The position numbers were made by a program, and so were the translations under genes. Of a DNA stretch of 64,000 bases, positions 61,017 to 64,000 are shown piece by piece; the stretch's first letter is position 1; each line of letters begins with the position of its first letter. The stretch is from Vermamoeba vermiformis. Lineage: Eukaryota. The notes beneath the pieces were generated by a model. It was not told the origin of the DNA. It worked only from the letters and a program-made list of their open reading frames with translations, and searched no databases. The stretch lies in contig JBEWZL010000294.1 in assembly GCA_045837725.1 (NCBI GenBank), forward strand, positions 124,001 to 188,000, in the 5' to 3' direction.

Positions 61017-64000
61017 TTACTGCTTCAGAATGCGAGTGAAATAGCGAGCCACTACCTCACTCAAAGCACGGTCCTTGGCTCTGATCTTTACTTCACACTG
61101 CTGGGGCTCAAGCTTGGCGTGCAACAATACCATGGTTGGTGTAGTGTTGATCAAGCGCGAGGCACCAATCACCTCTTTGCCAATCACTTTGATCTGCGTG
61201 AAGTTCATGGCGTGAATCAGCTGTCCAAACTGCTCGAGGGACAGCACTTTGTTCTTGAACACGAGCTTGGTCTCGCACGTGTGAGTGCCCCACTGCTGGC
61301 CAAAGCTCTCCGTGGTCATGTTGTGCGCACGGAGCAGGTCCGGCAGATCGATCGGCGCAGTGAACTTGAGCGTCTTGTCCGCGGCGTGACTGCTCGTCTT
61401 GTAGGTGAGTGTGGCACTGAGCGTGGGATTGAAGATGAGTTGTGACAGCACGAGATCGATCAGCACCAGCACTGCTGTGTGCGGAGGAATGACATTGATC
61501 GTGAGCACGTGATCGGTGGCACGTGTCAAATCGACGACTGAATCAGCGCGATAACTGACAGCAAAGTTGTCTGGTGGCACTACTGTCACGTGCAGATCTG
61601 ACAGCACGGCATCGCTCTTGTTGCACACGAACAGCACCACGCCGAGAGATTGCTCTTGCCAAATGTGGAAATAGTTGATTTGAAGTTGCGTGTCATTGGC
61701 GATCTTTTGCGGCTTCTCGTGCGATCGAGGTCTGCCGTCGATCTAAAAATAGCTCCAGTGAGTAATTGAAAGCATTGCCTTATTTAGTCATACCTCAGTT
61801 TGAATGAATGGGGTAGTTGCCAAATTAGGTAAGTCAAAGTTATCCTCAAAAGTGGGGTCAAGTTGTCTTGCCAAATTAGGCGAAACAGCGATTGGAGTGA
61901 TCAATGTTTGCAGCTCTTTCGTGTCTGGCGTGCTGGGTGCAAATGCGTCAAAAATAGACACAGTGGAGCTATTATTAGTAGCAAGAATCGGCTGATTGAA
62001 GTCGAACGACAGCAACGAGTCCACCGAGCCCTGGTTGACTGTATTGTATGGCGAGCCCTGGTTGATCGTGTTGAATGGCGAGCCCTGGTTGATCGTGTTG
62101 AATGGCGAGCCCTGGTTGATCGTGTTGAGTGGTGAGCCCTGGTTGATCGTGTTGAGTGGTGAGCCCTGGCTGATGGTGCTCAGCGGCGAACTTTGCGTCA
62201 CGTGCTCGTTGGTGTGCAGCGGACTGGACGAGTCAGGCACGTGCTCGTTGGTGCTGGTCGGCGTGCGCTTTTTCTTTGCTTTAGTTTTCTTGGTGGCACC
62301 TTCGAACAGCAGTGCGGCCATCAATTCCTCTTGCGTGGGCTGGTGATTGACAGGTGCCACTTGATCACGTGCTCGCACACTCGGACTGGCGCGCGGTGGT
62401 GTCACAGTGCCAGGCGTGGACTCACGTGGTGCGGAATTACTCGGCGTGACAGGAGTGACAGGTGCCACTGGCTTGGGCGCGGCAGCTCCGTAGCCAGATT
62501 TCGACCAGGGTCCACTGACCTGCTTGAGACTCGCAGCGGAGAGTGGTCCCGAGGGCACTGCGGCAGGCGTGGTGGCACTTGGCACGTTAAAAATAGACTT
62601 GCTCTCCTCGGCAGTCTGCTCGAAGATTGATCCGCTCGATTTGGTGGCACTTCCCGTGGTGGGTGGTGCTTTGTAGGTCTCGAAACGCAAAGACTGTTCG
62701 CGGCCAGGCTGCACTCCCGATTTGGTAGTGTCACGTGATGTATCCACGCGCTGATAGTCACGTGCTCCTTGACGCAGTGCTTGGCGCGTGTACTCGTCCA
62801 AAAATGTCAATTTGCGATCTACTTTGACGGGTCGATCGAACAACGTGGCTAATTTGGACACAATCACGTGATCGCGCGGGAGATTGTTCAGGATGGTTAC
62901 CAAATTAGTCAAGTCACGTGCAATTTGCTGAGTGACCACGTGACGCGAGGCAGTGTATTTGAGCACAGTCTCGAGGGTGGTCGAGGAGACAGGTGCCACC
63001 TGCCAGTCACGTGACACGCGCTTGGCGAGTGCCATCAGAATCCACGCGCGCACTTCACCGCGCGAGTACTGTCGGTCGAGCAGATCTGTCAACATGTCAC
63101 TCGCGGTCACGTGACGATATTGCTCGAGATCGCGCAGGAGATTTCCGTACTCGCCGAGAATCCACGCAATGACTTGGGCCAGTAAGTCGGGCACGGATTG
63201 TTCTTGCAGCTTGTCATTACCATTTTTGGCAATGAGGTATTTCATGGCGTGCTTGACCGCGTGACGGCGCAGCGTGAGATCTTGCTGGAGATCTCCCGTG
63301 CCAGTCTGCAGCACGGTGAGCAGCTGATCGAGGTGCGAGGGTTGCACCAATTCTGCGCCTAAATATAGACACTTGAGCATGGCAGCAATGTACCAGGCAG
63401 GGGAAGGTGCAAATTTCTCGCAGAGAGCGGTGATCTTGCCGATGAGATCGCGGCGGAGATAGAGGTCCGTGCTGCTCTTGAGGTGCGCGAGCATCTTGGT
63501 GACGACGAGCGTGATGTTCTTGGGGCCCGTCATCTTGTACAAGAGCTCGAGGGTCTTGCGCTGAATGGAGTCATCGGGGTCATTGAGACACTTGAACAGC
63601 AGCACTTGGTGTTGAATCACGTGGCGCGGATTGATCTCGATCAGATCGGACAGCGAGTGCAGCGCCAAGTACTTGAGATTCGGATCTTGCGTGGCACTGC
63701 GCGCACGTGTCGACTGCGCACTGACACCGCTCTTGGGATCGAAGGTCAGCATGTGACTCACGTGCGTGGCAGCCTCGTCGACCAGGGCCTCGGTGTTGCG
63801 ATCATTTGCAGCGTGCTTGTAGACGCGCACAATGGTGTTGACCGTCTCGTGCAGCACCGAGTAGGCCGCGTTGTAGCTGGCAGTGTCCGAGTTCTGCGTG
63901 AGGTACGCGATCGATTTGTTCAGCGTCTCGTGCAACACGTGGTACAGATCACGTGCGGCACTGGCGTCGAGTTGACCGAGCACACCGAAGATCTTCAACA
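61017..64000 (-). CDS. AP4E1: AP-4 complex epsilon subunit (5' end lies beyond the window)
   Basis: Adaptin trunk NLKYL...HQVLLFKCLNDPDDSIQRKTLELLYKMT...EKFAPSPAWYI...AWILGEYG; epsilon-type LRFETY motif; ear domain in the last exons. Confidence 0.85.
62026..62187 (-). repeat. 27-bp tandem repeat x6 in the AP4E1 hinge (NTINQGSP[L/F/Y])
   Basis: GAGCCCTGG recurs every 27 bp from 62026 to 62161. Confidence 0.95.

Overview
Gene-dense, intron-rich eukaryotic DNA with short GT-AG introns and many head-to-head gene pairs 100-330 bp apart. From remembered TRAPPC5, SRF and Akirin homologues it is most likely an amoebozoan protist (inference). About 27 host genes were reconstructed by eye. Trafficking: ERGIC-53-like lectin, TRAPPC5, TRAPPC10, NCS1, Dopey, HID1, AP-4 epsilon (runs off the window). 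Ubiquitin-proteasome: BABAM2, UBLCP1, Akirin, PSMB4, a RING E3 and a ZZ-Trx-PUL protein. Others: SRF and FHA-forkhead factors, SPTLC1, AKR, GT8, expansin-like, JmjC, kinase-SH3 and DnaJ-LRR genes. Most notable: (1) an intact 2454-bp Kolobok-type DNA transposon (TTAA TSD, 12-bp TIR) whose single transposase ends in a homeodomain-like module; (2) a free-standing, spliced I-PpoI-like His-Cys box endonuclease gene pressed against the TRAPPC5 start; (3) strong over-representation of the palindrome CACGTG (about 99 copies by eye) in exons and introns; (4) five consecutive ubiquitin-proteasome genes; (5) a CpG-depleted nest of decayed TIR elements at 58.7-61 kb. Gene spans include introns and exon boundaries are manual. 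No database searches were run.
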